Shown: in pieces, positions 56,548-64,000 of the stretch | Layout of the letters: each line of letters opens with the position of its first letter | Numbering within the stretch: the stretch's first letter is position 1 | NCBI GenBank assembly: GCA_018713485.1 | Contig: DVOQ01000047.1 | Location: 1,386 to 65,385, forward strand | DNA: 64,000 nt | Direction: 5' to 3' | Source: Candidatus Avisuccinivibrio pullicola | GTDB taxonomy: Bacteria; Pseudomonadota; Gammaproteobacteria; Enterobacterales; Succinivibrionaceae | Made by a program: the position numbers and the translations under genes | The notes under the pieces: model-generated | Database searches by the model: none | Seen by the model: the letters and a program-made list of their open reading frames with translations, nothing else | What the model was told of the DNA's origin: nothing

Positions 56548-56922
56548 ATGATGAGCGTGACACGCGGAATACTTACAGCTTTAGGCGCGGCGGTGCTTAC
56601 TGCCTGCAGCTCGCTGCCCGATGACACAGTGGTGGGTACCTGGCTTACGGACTCCGGGCTGGAAAGCGTGGGGCCGCAGGGCATTATCCTCAACCGCATG
56701 GGCAGAGCAGGTTCCGTGAACATGGCGACGCTGGAGTATCAGAGCTATAGCCTTAACGGCAATATCCTGACCCTGAGGGGGATAAGCCACGGTAACGGTC
56801 AGGATATACCCTTTGAGGAGAGCTGGACGGTCGTGGAGGCGGGGACTGATACCCTGACTTTAAGGAAAGACGGCTTCACTGAGACTTTCCACCGCGTGCC
56901 GGCCTCGGCCGACTATGAATAG
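56548..56922 (+). CDS. Small lipoprotein (lipocalin-like GTW motif)
   Basis: Lipobox LTAC followed by VVGTWLTD. Start chosen at ATG 56548 (AAGGA upstream); the track starts at GTG 56527. Confidence 0.6.
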   Translation: MMSVTRGILTALGAAVLTACSSLPDDTVVGTWLTDSGLESVGPQGIILNRMGRAGSVNMATLEYQSYSLNGNILTLRGISHGNGQDIPFEESWTVVEAGTDTLTLRKDGFTETFHRVPASADYE

Positions 56923-57066
56923 GGCTTTTTCCTCAAAGTAAGCCTCCCTTTCTCAGGCGGGAGGGAGTTCCCTTCCGCTGCCTTTTGGCGGTGCTATCCT
57001 CAAGGCGGCGTAAAGAGCGCGTCAAATCTGTTAAAATGCAGGCACTTTCAGACTAATCCGTTTAAC

Positions 57067-57834
57067 ATGAGGATGAGAAAGATTATGGTCAAAAAGTTAC
57101 ATCTTCTGTGCGCCTGCTCTCTGGCCGCAGCCATGTGCTTCTCGTCTGCTTACGCCGATAATGTGATCCGCGTGGGCACCGAAGCCACTTATGCTCCTTT
57201 TGAGTTTATGGATGACGAGGCCAAGCCCCAGGGCTATGACATTGACATCATCACTGCCATCGGTGAAGCGATGGGTTATGAGGTTCAGGTACAGAATATG
57301 CCTTTTGACGGCCTGATCCCCGCCCTCATGACCTCGCAGATTGACGCCGTGATCGCCGCCATGACGATTACTCCCGAAAGAGCGCAGCGCGTTGATTTCT
57401 CCGAGCCGTACTACAAGTCCGGTCTTTCGGTCTTAATCCGTGAGGCCGATAAGGACAAGTACACCTCGTTAGAGTCCTTAAAGGGTCAGCCCTTATGCGC
57501 CCAGATCGGCACTACCGGTGCCATGAAGGCCGATGAGCTGTCAGGCGGTAACGCCAAGTCCTTTAACACCGAGCCTGAGGCTTTCATGGAGCTTAAGGCC
57601 GGCGGTTGCGAAGGCGTGGTCAATGACCGTCCCGTGAACCTTTACTATCTCGCCACCGCCGCCTCCGAGGGCGTGGTGGAAATGAGTGAGATGATCACCG
57701 CCGAGGATTACGGTATCGCCGTGGCCAAGGGCAATACCGAGATGAAGCAGGTTATCGACGAGGGCTTAAAGAAGATCCGTGAGAACGGAACTTTCGCCAA
57801 GATCCACCAGAAGTGGTTCAGCGTGGCTGAGTAA
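57067..57834 (+). CDS. Polar amino-acid ABC transporter substrate-binding protein (GlnH-like)
   Basis: IRVGTEATYAPFEF, DIDI and the PBP2 fold pattern. ATG 57085 (MVKKLHLL) is a plausible alternative start. Confidence 0.85.
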   Translation: MRMRKIMVKKLHLLCACSLAAAMCFSSAYADNVIRVGTEATYAPFEFMDDEAKPQGYDIDIITAIGEAMGYEVQVQNMPFDGLIPALMTSQIDAVIAAMTITPERAQRVDFSEPYYKSGLSVLIREADKDKYTSLESLKGQPLCAQIGTTGAMKADELSGGNAKSFNTEPEAFMELKAGGCEGVVNDRPVNLYYLATAASEGVVEMSEMITAEDYGIAVAKGNTEMKQVIDEGLKKIRENGTFAKIHQKWFSVAE

Positions 57835-57847
57835 GCCCGCACTCACC

Positions 57848-57867
57848 GGGGACGGGGAACCGTCCCC
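57848..57867 (+). other. Intercistronic hairpin GGGGACGG-GGAA-CCGTCCCC
   Basis: Perfect 8-bp stem directly after the binding-protein gene, with no U-tract. Hairpins in this position often stabilise the mRNA or cause partial termination in ABC operons. Confidence 0.4.
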
Positions 57868-57893
57868 CTGTGTCTCACTTAAAGTTAAACACC

Positions 57894-58550
57894 ATGTCCA
57901 TTCCTTTTGATTTTAATCTCATCATCGAGTCCCTGCCGCTTCTGGGTATCGGTGCTTTAGTTACCATCGAAATCACCGCCGTGGCCGTTGCCATCGGTGT
58001 CATGATCGGCCTGTTCGTCGGTATCGCCGAGCTCTCGCGTTACTGGTACTTACGCTATCCGGCCAAGGTGTACGTGGATTTCATCCGCGGTACCCCGCTT
58101 CTGGTGCAGATTTTCATTATCTACTTCGCCCTGCCTATCATTCTCGGGGTGAGAGTCGAACCCTTCGTGGCCGCCGTCGCAGCCTGCTCCATTAACTCCG
58201 GCGCTTACGTAGCCGAGATTTTCCGCGCCGGCATTCAGTCCATCGACAAGGGACAGTTCGAGGCCGGCCGCTCGCTCGGTATGAGCTGGGGCCAGACCAT
58301 GGTGCACATCGTCATTCCCCAGGCTTTCCGCCGCATCATCCCGCAGTTAGGTAACGAGTTCATCGCCATGTTAAAGGACTCTTCCCTCGTGTCGGTGATC
58401 GGTTTTGAGGAACTCACCCGCAAGGGTCAGCTCATCATCGCCTCCACCTACGGCTCGCTGGAGATCTGGTCGGCAGTGGCTGTCATCTACCTTATCATGA
58501 CGCTGTCCATCACCCGCTTCGTGGCTTACCTCGAGAGGAGATTCAAGTAA
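57894..58550 (+). CDS. Polar amino-acid ABC transporter permease (GlnP/HisM-like)
   Basis: [12 protein letters not shown] and the EAA-type loop [15 protein letters not shown] prefer ATG 57894 to the GTG track start at 57870, which lies just after the hairpin. Confidence 0.85.
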   Translation: MSIPFDFNLIIESLPLLGIGALVTIEITAVAVAIGVMIGLFVGIAELSRYWYLRYPAKVYVDFIRGTPLLVQIFIIYFALPIILGVRVEPFVAAVAACSINSGAYVAEIFRAGIQSIDKGQFEAGRSLGMSWGQTMVHIVIPQAFRRIIPQLGNEFIAMLKDSSLVSVIGFEELTRKGQLIIASTYGSLEIWSAVAVIYLIMTLSITRFVAYLERRFK

Positions 58551-59281
58551 TGGCCCATCCCATGATTCAGATCCGCGATCTGCATAAGTCCTTTGGCGAT
58601 CTGCACATCCTCAAGGGTATCGATCTTGACGTGCAGAAGAGCGAGGTGGTAGTGGTTATCGGCCCCTCGGGCTCGGGAAAGTCCACCTTGCTGCGCTGCG
58701 TCAATTACCTCGAGGTGCCCACCTCCGGTACCGTCACCATTGACGGCCAGACCATCGATCCCGAGGTCAATATCAACACGGTGCGCGCCGAGGTCGGCAT
58801 GGTGTTCCAGCACTTCAATCTCTTCCCGCACATGTCGGTGCTGCACAATATCACCCTGGCTCCCATCAAGGTGCGCGGCATGTCGCGCTTTGAGGCCGAG
58901 AAAATCGCCATGGAGCTTTTAAAGCGCGTGGGGCTTTCCGAGAAGGCCAATGCCTTCCCCGCCGAGCTCTCGGGCGGTCAGCAGCAGCGTGTGGCCATCG
59001 CCCGAGCCCTCGCCATGAACCCCAAGATCATGCTCTTTGACGAGCCTACCTCCGCGCTCGATCCCGAGATGGTCAATGAGGTGTTAGAGGTGATGAAGAG
59101 CCTCGCCGAAAGCGGCATGACCATGATGATCGTCACCCACGAGATGGGCTTTGCCCGTCAGGTGGCCGATCGCGTGCTCTTCGTCGATGGCGGTCACATC
59201 ATTGAGCAGGGGAAGCCCGCGGACGTGTTTGAGCACCCGCAGGAAAAGCGCACCCAGGACTTCTTAGCCAAGATCCTCTAG
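58550..59281 (+). CDS. Polar amino-acid ABC transporter ATP-binding protein (GlnQ-like)
   Basis: Walker [25 protein letters not shown] and [11 protein letters not shown]. Confidence 0.9.
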   Translation: MAHPMIQIRDLHKSFGDLHILKGIDLDVQKSEVVVVIGPSGSGKSTLLRCVNYLEVPTSGTVTIDGQTIDPEVNINTVRAEVGMVFQHFNLFPHMSVLHNITLAPIKVRGMSRFEAEKIAMELLKRVGLSEKANAFPAELSGGQQQRVAIARALAMNPKIMLFDEPTSALDPEMVNEVLEVMKSLAESGMTMMIVTHEMGFARQVADRVLFVDGGHIIEQGKPADVFEHPQEKRTQDFLAKIL

Positions 59282-59296
59282 TAAGAAAGGAACGCC

Positions 59297-60352
59297 ATGC
59301 AAAAGGTTACGGAAAACGCATCCCGCTCTTTTGATCAGCGCTCATGGCGTTCCCTTGTAAAACTGCGCTACCTGCCTTCGTGGCTGAGTCTTGGCCTGCT
59401 GTGCCTCGTGGGGTTCCTGCCCGCGCGCCTTCGTGATCTCATCGCGCTGACGCTTTCCTTTATCGCTGCCCTGGTACCCTCTAAGCCGCGCCGTCTCGTG
59501 TATGACAATCTGCGTACCGCCCTGCCTGAATATTCGGCCCATGAGTGCCGCGTCCTCTTCAGGCGCTGCGTGGCGGTGGGACTGACCGTGCTTATGGCCT
59601 ACGCGCAGCCTTCCATTCTGCCGCGCCGCTGTCTGGAGAAGCGCTGGAAAGTGCACGGTCTTGAGCATTTGGAGAAAGCCCGTGCCGACGGGCGGGCGAT
59701 ACTCTTTATCGCTCCGCACTGCCTTGCCATCGATCGCTGCGGGCTCTATCTTTCCTTTGCGGGACTGCCTATGTGTACCATGGTGCACGAGCAACGCAAT
59801 CCCGTCTATGACTGGTTCTTAAACTCGCAGCGTCTGCGGTTTGGCGGCGCGGTCTACGAGCGCAGCGCCGGTCTGCGTACCATCATCCGTGAACTGCGGG
59901 CCGGTCACTCCTGTTTCTTTTTACCCGATCAGGACTTAGGTGAGGAAAACAGCCTCTTTGTCGATTTTCTGGGTGTCCCCAAGGCGACGCTGTCTTCGCT
60001 GCCCAAGCTTGCCCGTCTGGGTAACGCGCAGGTGATGCAGCTCTTTTCCACTTACTCCTTTAAGAGCGCCTGCTTTGAGGTGTATTTCTCCCCCGTCTAC
60101 GAGAACTATCCCACGGACGATCTGCACGCGGATTTAAAGCGCATGAACGATGACATCAGTCACATGATCCGCCGCTTCCCCGAGCAGTTCATGTGGTTTC
60201 TGCGTATCTTCAAGACGCGCCCCTCTCCCGAATACCCCAATATCTACGCCGATCTGCATTACTCGGTGTGGAAGAAGGGACCGCATATTGACTACGCGGC
60301 CCGCCGCCGGCCTTTTAATCCCGGCGCAAAGGATGTCTCCGAGGACGCTTAA
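59297..60352 (+). CDS. Lipid A biosynthesis lauroyl/myristoyl acyltransferase (LpxL/LpxM family)
   Basis: N-terminal TM segment after LRYLPSWL, an HX4D-type motif (APHCLAID), FLPDQD and PEQFMWF. Confidence 0.8.
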   Translation: MQKVTENASRSFDQRSWRSLVKLRYLPSWLSLGLLCLVGFLPARLRDLIALTLSFIAALVPSKPRRLVYDNLRTALPEYSAHECRVLFRRCVAVGLTVLMAYAQPSILPRRCLEKRWKVHGLEHLEKARADGRAILFIAPHCLAIDRCGLYLSFAGLPMCTMVHEQRNPVYDWFLNSQRLRFGGAVYERSAGLRTIIRELRAGHSCFFLPDQDLGEENSLFVDFLGVPKATLSSLPKLARLGNAQVMQLFSTYSFKSACFEVYFSPVYENYPTDDLHADLKRMNDDISHMIRRFPEQFMWFLRIFKTRPSPEYPNIYADLHYSVWKKGPHIDYAARRRPFNPGAKDVSEDA

Positions 60353-60621
60353 TCCCCGTCGTTTTCCACAGTGATTTCAAAGATATTGAGCGTGTCCACG
60401 TCGGGGCAGCTGAATTTAATTTTTCCGTCGCGGGCGGTGGGCGGCGTGCCTCCATAGCGCAGGATGTCAATATAGGGAAAGGCCACGTGCAGGGCCATGG
60501 GACAGAGCTGACCGCGTTCAGTGTCAAAATCAAAACATTCACCTACGCGGTGACCGCGATGACAGCCGCAGGGGCCCTTTCTTTCCACGAGCTTTAATGT
60601 AATGCGGGGTCGGCGGGACAT
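60349..60621 (-). CDS. TIGR04076-family small Cys-rich protein
   Basis: The pattern GPCGCHRGHRVGECFDF...CPMALH..FSCPD is typical of this family (recognition only). It is convergent with the acyltransferase gene and overlaps its end by 4 nt. Confidence 0.65.
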   Translation of the reverse strand: MSRRPRITLKLVERKGPCGCHRGHRVGECFDFDTERGQLCPMALHVAFPYIDILRYGGTPPTARDGKIKFSCPDVDTLNIFEITVENDGD

Positions 60622-60898
60622 AGACTCTCCTTTTTACTGCAACCGTTACTGACTTTAAGGCATGGGGAGTCTCCTGACAAGAGGGCAGGGGGCAGGTCAG
60701 AGATGTATAGAATACTGTATAATAGCGGTGCGGCGTGATTTGTGCCTCACGGTAGTGCGTCAGAGTGTGAGTCAGCTCGCAAAATCGGGGCGAAAGGTCG
60801 ATTTTGTGCTATATTCTCCCCGGTATCGCAGCGCGGTGGCATGAGGGCATGCGCCCTGCGGATTGTTCCACGGGAAAGTTCCAGAAAGGAAAAGCACC

Positions 60899-62095
60899 AT
60901 GTTTTTTGATCGTATCGAAGCGGCTCCGGCCGATCCTATCTTAGGTCTGACCGATGCCTTTAAGAAGGATACTCACCCCAACAAGATTAACTTAGGCGCG
61001 GGTGTGTACAAGAACGAGGCGGGCGTGACCCCCATCCTCAACTGCGTGAAGTCCGCTGAGAAAGTCATTCTGGACACTGAAACCTCCAAGGCTTACCTGC
61101 CCATCAACGGTTTACCGGAGTTCGGCGCTCTGACCCGCGAGCTCATCTTCGGTGCCGATCACGAGATCGTGACCTCGGGCCGCGCCGTGACCTGCCATTG
61201 CCCGGGCGGCACCGGTGCCTTACGTATCGGCTCGGATTTCATCCATCAGCAGAATGTCGCCACCACGGTGTGGATCTCCGATCCCACCTGGGCTAACCAC
61301 TATTCTATCGTCACCAACGCCGGTCTCAAGTTCGAGCGCTATCCTTACTATGACCGTGCCACTCACGGTCTCGCCTTTGACCGCATGATGGAAACCCTGG
61401 AGCAGGCTAACGAAGGAGATGTGGTCTTATTACACGCCTGCTGCCACAATCCCACCGGTATTGATCCCACCATTGAGCAGTGGGAGCAGATCGCCGACTT
61501 CCTCGCGCGTAAGAAGTTGCTGCCCTTCATCGACTTTGCCTATCAGGGCTTCGGCCACGGCATCGATGAAGACGCCCAGGGCGTGCGCATCATCGCCTCG
61601 CGCTGCAGGGAGATGCTCATCGCCAGCTCCTACTCCAAGAACTTAGGTCTCTACAACGAGCGCGTCGGTGCCCTGACCATCGTCTGCGAGGATGCCGCCG
61701 CTGCGGAGAAGATCCTCTCTCAGTTAAAGATCACCGTCCGTACCTCCATTTCCAATCCTCCCGCCCACGGCGAGAAGATCGTCACTACGGTCTTAGGTGA
61801 CAAGGATTTACGCGCCCAGTGGGAGAGCGAGCTTACCGCCATGCGTGAGCGTATCCGTGAGATGCGCGTGCTCTTAACCGAGAAGTTAGCCGAGTTCGGT
61901 GCCGGTGATTTCTCCTTTATCACCGAGCAGAACGGCATGTTCTCCTTCTCGGGCTTAAACAAGGAGCAGGTGGAGACCTTAAAGAAGGAACACGGTATCT
62001 ACATCGTCGGTTCCGGCCGTATCTGCGTGGCCTGCATCACCAAGGAGAACGTGGAGCCCTTAGCCCGCGCCATCGCCGCCGTGGTCAAGGCTTAA
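60899..62095 (+). CDS. aspC: Aspartate/aromatic amino-acid aminotransferase
   Basis: Collinear with E. coli AspC: MF..I.AAPADPILGL, HNPTGIDPT.EQW, SYSKN.GLYNERVG, SNPPAHG. The start is set at ATG 60899 (track start 60863 is TTG). Confidence 0.88.
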   Translation: MFFDRIEAAPADPILGLTDAFKKDTHPNKINLGAGVYKNEAGVTPILNCVKSAEKVILDTETSKAYLPINGLPEFGALTRELIFGADHEIVTSGRAVTCHCPGGTGALRIGSDFIHQQNVATTVWISDPTWANHYSIVTNAGLKFERYPYYDRATHGLAFDRMMETLEQANEGDVVLLHACCHNPTGIDPTIEQWEQIADFLARKKLLPFIDFAYQGFGHGIDEDAQGVRIIASRCREMLIASSYSKNLGLYNERVGALTIVCEDAAAAEKILSQLKITVRTSISNPPAHGEKIVTTVLGDKDLRAQWESELTAMRERIREMRVLLTEKLAEFGAGDFSFITEQNGMFSFSGLNKEQVETLKKEHGIYIVGSGRICVACITKENVEPLARAIAAVVKA

Positions 62096-62505
62096 ACACA
62101 AACTGTTTAAAGCAGGTTTTAAGACAGGGCCGTGCCTGCGGGTGCGGCCCTGCTGTATCTGAACCTTAAGGTATCTCCCCGTTCAGCTAAAAGCCATCCG
62201 CCTGCGGTAAAGAGCTCCCCTCCCCTTAGGACAGGGGGATGACAAAATGTCAGAATCCGCTTCCGATCATGAACTGCCCCATGCTCACCCATGGGAATTT
62301 TTGCGGCTTTCAGTTAAAGGCACGGCTCAGCCTGAAAATATAGCAGGTGAGTTCCCTGACTGGGGCCGGGTAAAGGAGACTTAATCAGTGTTTACCCTCA
62401 GAGCAATGAGGCCGCAGCGCATGGAGTTTGCAGTTCGTCATCGTGCCCGGTAACAAGAGATTCTTTTATAGTATAAAATTCAGTTGCTTCTTTTTGATAA
62501 CGGGG

Positions 62506-63423
62506 CTAGAAAATCACCTTTTGCCGCTGCGCTAAAACATCCTCCGCTCTTGCGATACCGATAGAAGTGGCGGTGGCGGCACCGGCGGCAACGGCCATGG
62601 CGGCGGCGCTTTTAAGATTGTGCGTGTCGAGATAGTCGTAGAGGAAACCTGCGATCATTGAGTCCCCCGCACCGGTCCGGTCGAGATTGGGGGCCTGATC
62701 CTCGACTTTAAGGAAGTGACGCGAGCCGTCCTCGGTCATGAACCACGTTCCGCGGCTGCCTAGCGATAACAGGACGTTGCGGGCGCCTTTGTCGTGGAAC
62801 AGGGTGAGCGCGTCCGCGACAGCGTTATCGTCATGGAGATCGAGATTTAAATACGCGGCCAGCTCGGTGGCACCGGGTTTGACTAAGAAGGGATGGAGCT
62901 CCAGAACCGAGAAAAGGTACTGCGGGGCGCTGTCCACGATGACCTCGACGCCTTTGCCTTCAAGGGCGTGGATAAAGGAAACGAAGATGTCCTGGGGGAG
63001 AGTCGGGGGGACAATGCCCGCTAAAACGAGGAAATCACCGGCACTTAACGTGTTGAGCTTGCGCAGCAGGTAGTCGAGATCGGCGGAGGTAACGGCGGGG
63101 CCTAAACCGTTGACGCGGGTTTCGGCACTCTGATCCTTGAGCCTCAGATTGACGCGGGTGCGGCCGCGGCGCACGCGGATAAAACCGGTGTGAATCCCCT
63201 CGGCGGCGGTAAGGCGCATCAGCTCGTCACCGGAGAAGACGGCGACAAAACCCAGGGCGGTGGAGGGGATCCCCAGATGGCGGAGCATGATGGAGATGTT
63301 AATACCTTTGCCGCCGGGGCGGATCTCCTCGTGGGAGGCGCGGTAGGTGCCACCCGAGACGAGGGTGTCCTTAAGATCGAGAATGAGATCAAGGGAGGGG
63401 CTGGTGGTAACAGTGTAAATCAT
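62506..63423 (-). CDS. PfkB-family hexose-phosphate kinase (1-phosphofructokinase/tagatose-6-P kinase type)
   Basis: Begins MIYTVTTSPSLD, with GGKGINIS and a C-terminal GAGDSMIAGF. Start at ATG 63421-63423 (GGAGAGGA upstream). Confidence 0.8.
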   Translation of the reverse strand: MIYTVTTSPSLDLILDLKDTLVSGGTYRASHEEIRPGGKGINISIMLRHLGIPSTALGFVAVFSGDELMRLTAAEGIHTGFIRVRRGRTRVNLRLKDQSAETRVNGLGPAVTSADLDYLLRKLNTLSAGDFLVLAGIVPPTLPQDIFVSFIHALEGKGVEVIVDSAPQYLFSVLELHPFLVKPGATELAAYLNLDLHDDNAVADALTLFHDKGARNVLLSLGSRGTWFMTEDGSRHFLKVEDQAPNLDRTGAGDSMIAGFLYDYLDTHNLKSAAAMAVAAGAATATSIGIARAEDVLAQRQKVIF

Positions 63424-63427
63424 AAGC

Positions 63428-64000
63428 TTAGTCCTCTCCGGCGTTGACGCGGACGTTATTCCAGACACGGGTTAAAATGCGCTCGACCTTAGGGGGCGGG
63501 ATGACGATGTGCATGCGCTCTAAAGTGTCCGCGGGATAGTAAATGCCGGGGTTGTCGCGGATCTCTGCGTCAACGAGGGGCGTGGCCTCAGCATTGGCGT
63601 TGGCGTAGCGGATGTAATTGGTGATTTCGGCGATGATCTCAGGTTCCATGAGGTAATTTAAAAAGAGGTGCGCATTCTCAGGATGCGGGGCGTCTTTGGG
63701 GATGGCGAGCATGTCATAGCCGGTAAGGGCGCCTTCTTTGGGAATGACGTAGGTGATGGGGTCAAGTCCGGCGCTCTTTGCCTTCTGCGAGGCCAGCTGC
63801 GCGTCCCCTGACCAGGCTACGGCGGCGCAGATCTCGCCTGCCGCCAGATCCTCGCCGTAGCGGGAGGAGTGGATGTAGGTGATATAGGGCATGACACTCT
63901 CTAAAAGCTTTCCCGCTTTAGTGTAATCCCCGCGGGCCGTGCTCTCGGGATTCAAATTAAGATAGATTAAGGCGGTGCAGAGCATGTCCGAGGGACTGTC
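63428..64000 (-). CDS. potF: Putrescine/spermidine-binding periplasmic protein, C-terminal part (gene start lies beyond the window end)
   Basis: Collinear with the E. coli PotF C-terminus: Y.HSS.Y..DLA.G.IC.A..W.GD, IPKEGA, FLNYL..P, YANAN..ATPLV.AE.R.NPGIY.PAD. Confidence 0.8.
   Translation of the reverse strand, partial: DSPSDMLCTALIYLNLNPESTARGDYTKAGKLLESVMPYITYIHSSRYGEDLAAGEICAAVAWSGDAQLASQKAKSAGLDPITYVIPKEGALTGYDMLAIPKDAPHPENAHLFLNYLMEPEIIAEITNYIRYANANAEATPLVDAEIRDNPGIYYPADTLERMHIVIPPPKVERILTRVWNNVRVNAGED

Noticed and set aside
62096-62505. 410-nt gap between the convergent aspC and pfkB-family genes, with small ORFs (33 aa plus strand at about 62237; about 57 aa minus strand)
   Set aside because: I recognised no RBS, motif or RNA family. 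A hairpin at about 62130-62155 probably terminates aspC. I leave the rest as unexplained spacer.

Overview
This is a 64-kb chromosomal segment from a flagellated Gram-negative bacterium. The gene order looks gammaproteobacterial: miaB-ybeZ-ybeY-corC-lnt, an E. coli-like Gln/Met tRNA array, and ytfQRT-yjfF. I cannot name the species. Most of the window is GC-rich housekeeping DNA. It holds an ArsR-controlled HMA/P1B-ATPase metal-efflux module, tyrS, rpiA, a sigma54-type fliEFGHI flagellar block, and folD. L-arabinose genes lie at three loci: araA with a CUT2 ABC transporter, ytfQRT-yjfF with an FGGY kinase, and araD. The rest includes an L,D-transpeptidase with a 901-aa exported protein, a Fic toxin-antitoxin pair, five tRNAs, pta, a polar amino-acid ABC transporter, a lipid A acyltransferase, aspC, a PfkB kinase and a partial potF-like gene. 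The stand-out is a visibly AT-rich island of about 5.9 kb (5075-10999) between a methyltransferase gene and tyrS. It carries two translationally coupled genes. One encodes a 335-aa protein with only the SAM-binding-half motifs of a gamma-class DNA methyltransferase. The other encodes a 1332-aa fusion of a T5orf172/GIY-YIG-like domain, a DEAH SF2 helicase, a charged coiled coil, an N6-adenine-MTase-like module with NPPY, and a C-terminal domain. I read this pair as an RM-like or Type ISP-like defence candidate with an unusual architecture. Secondary observations follow.
- A decayed chloramphenicol acetyltransferase pseudogene sits inside the arabinose operon.
- A shared CGTAAACGTTTACG-type operator motif recurs at the arabinose loci.
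- Two short ORFs upstream of an orphan MglB-like gene look like duplicated copies of its 5' end.
- FliH is expanded and carries 15 consecutive GxxxG repeats.
- The 901-aa protein ends in a GlyGly-CTERM-like tail.
- An unannotated 40-aa His/Cys-rich lipoprotein ORF lies upstream of a Pro-rich lipoprotein gene.
- Pta has Cys-rich insertions.
- GC-rich genes make striking use of TTA leucine codons.

All functional calls come from motif recognition by eye, with no database search.
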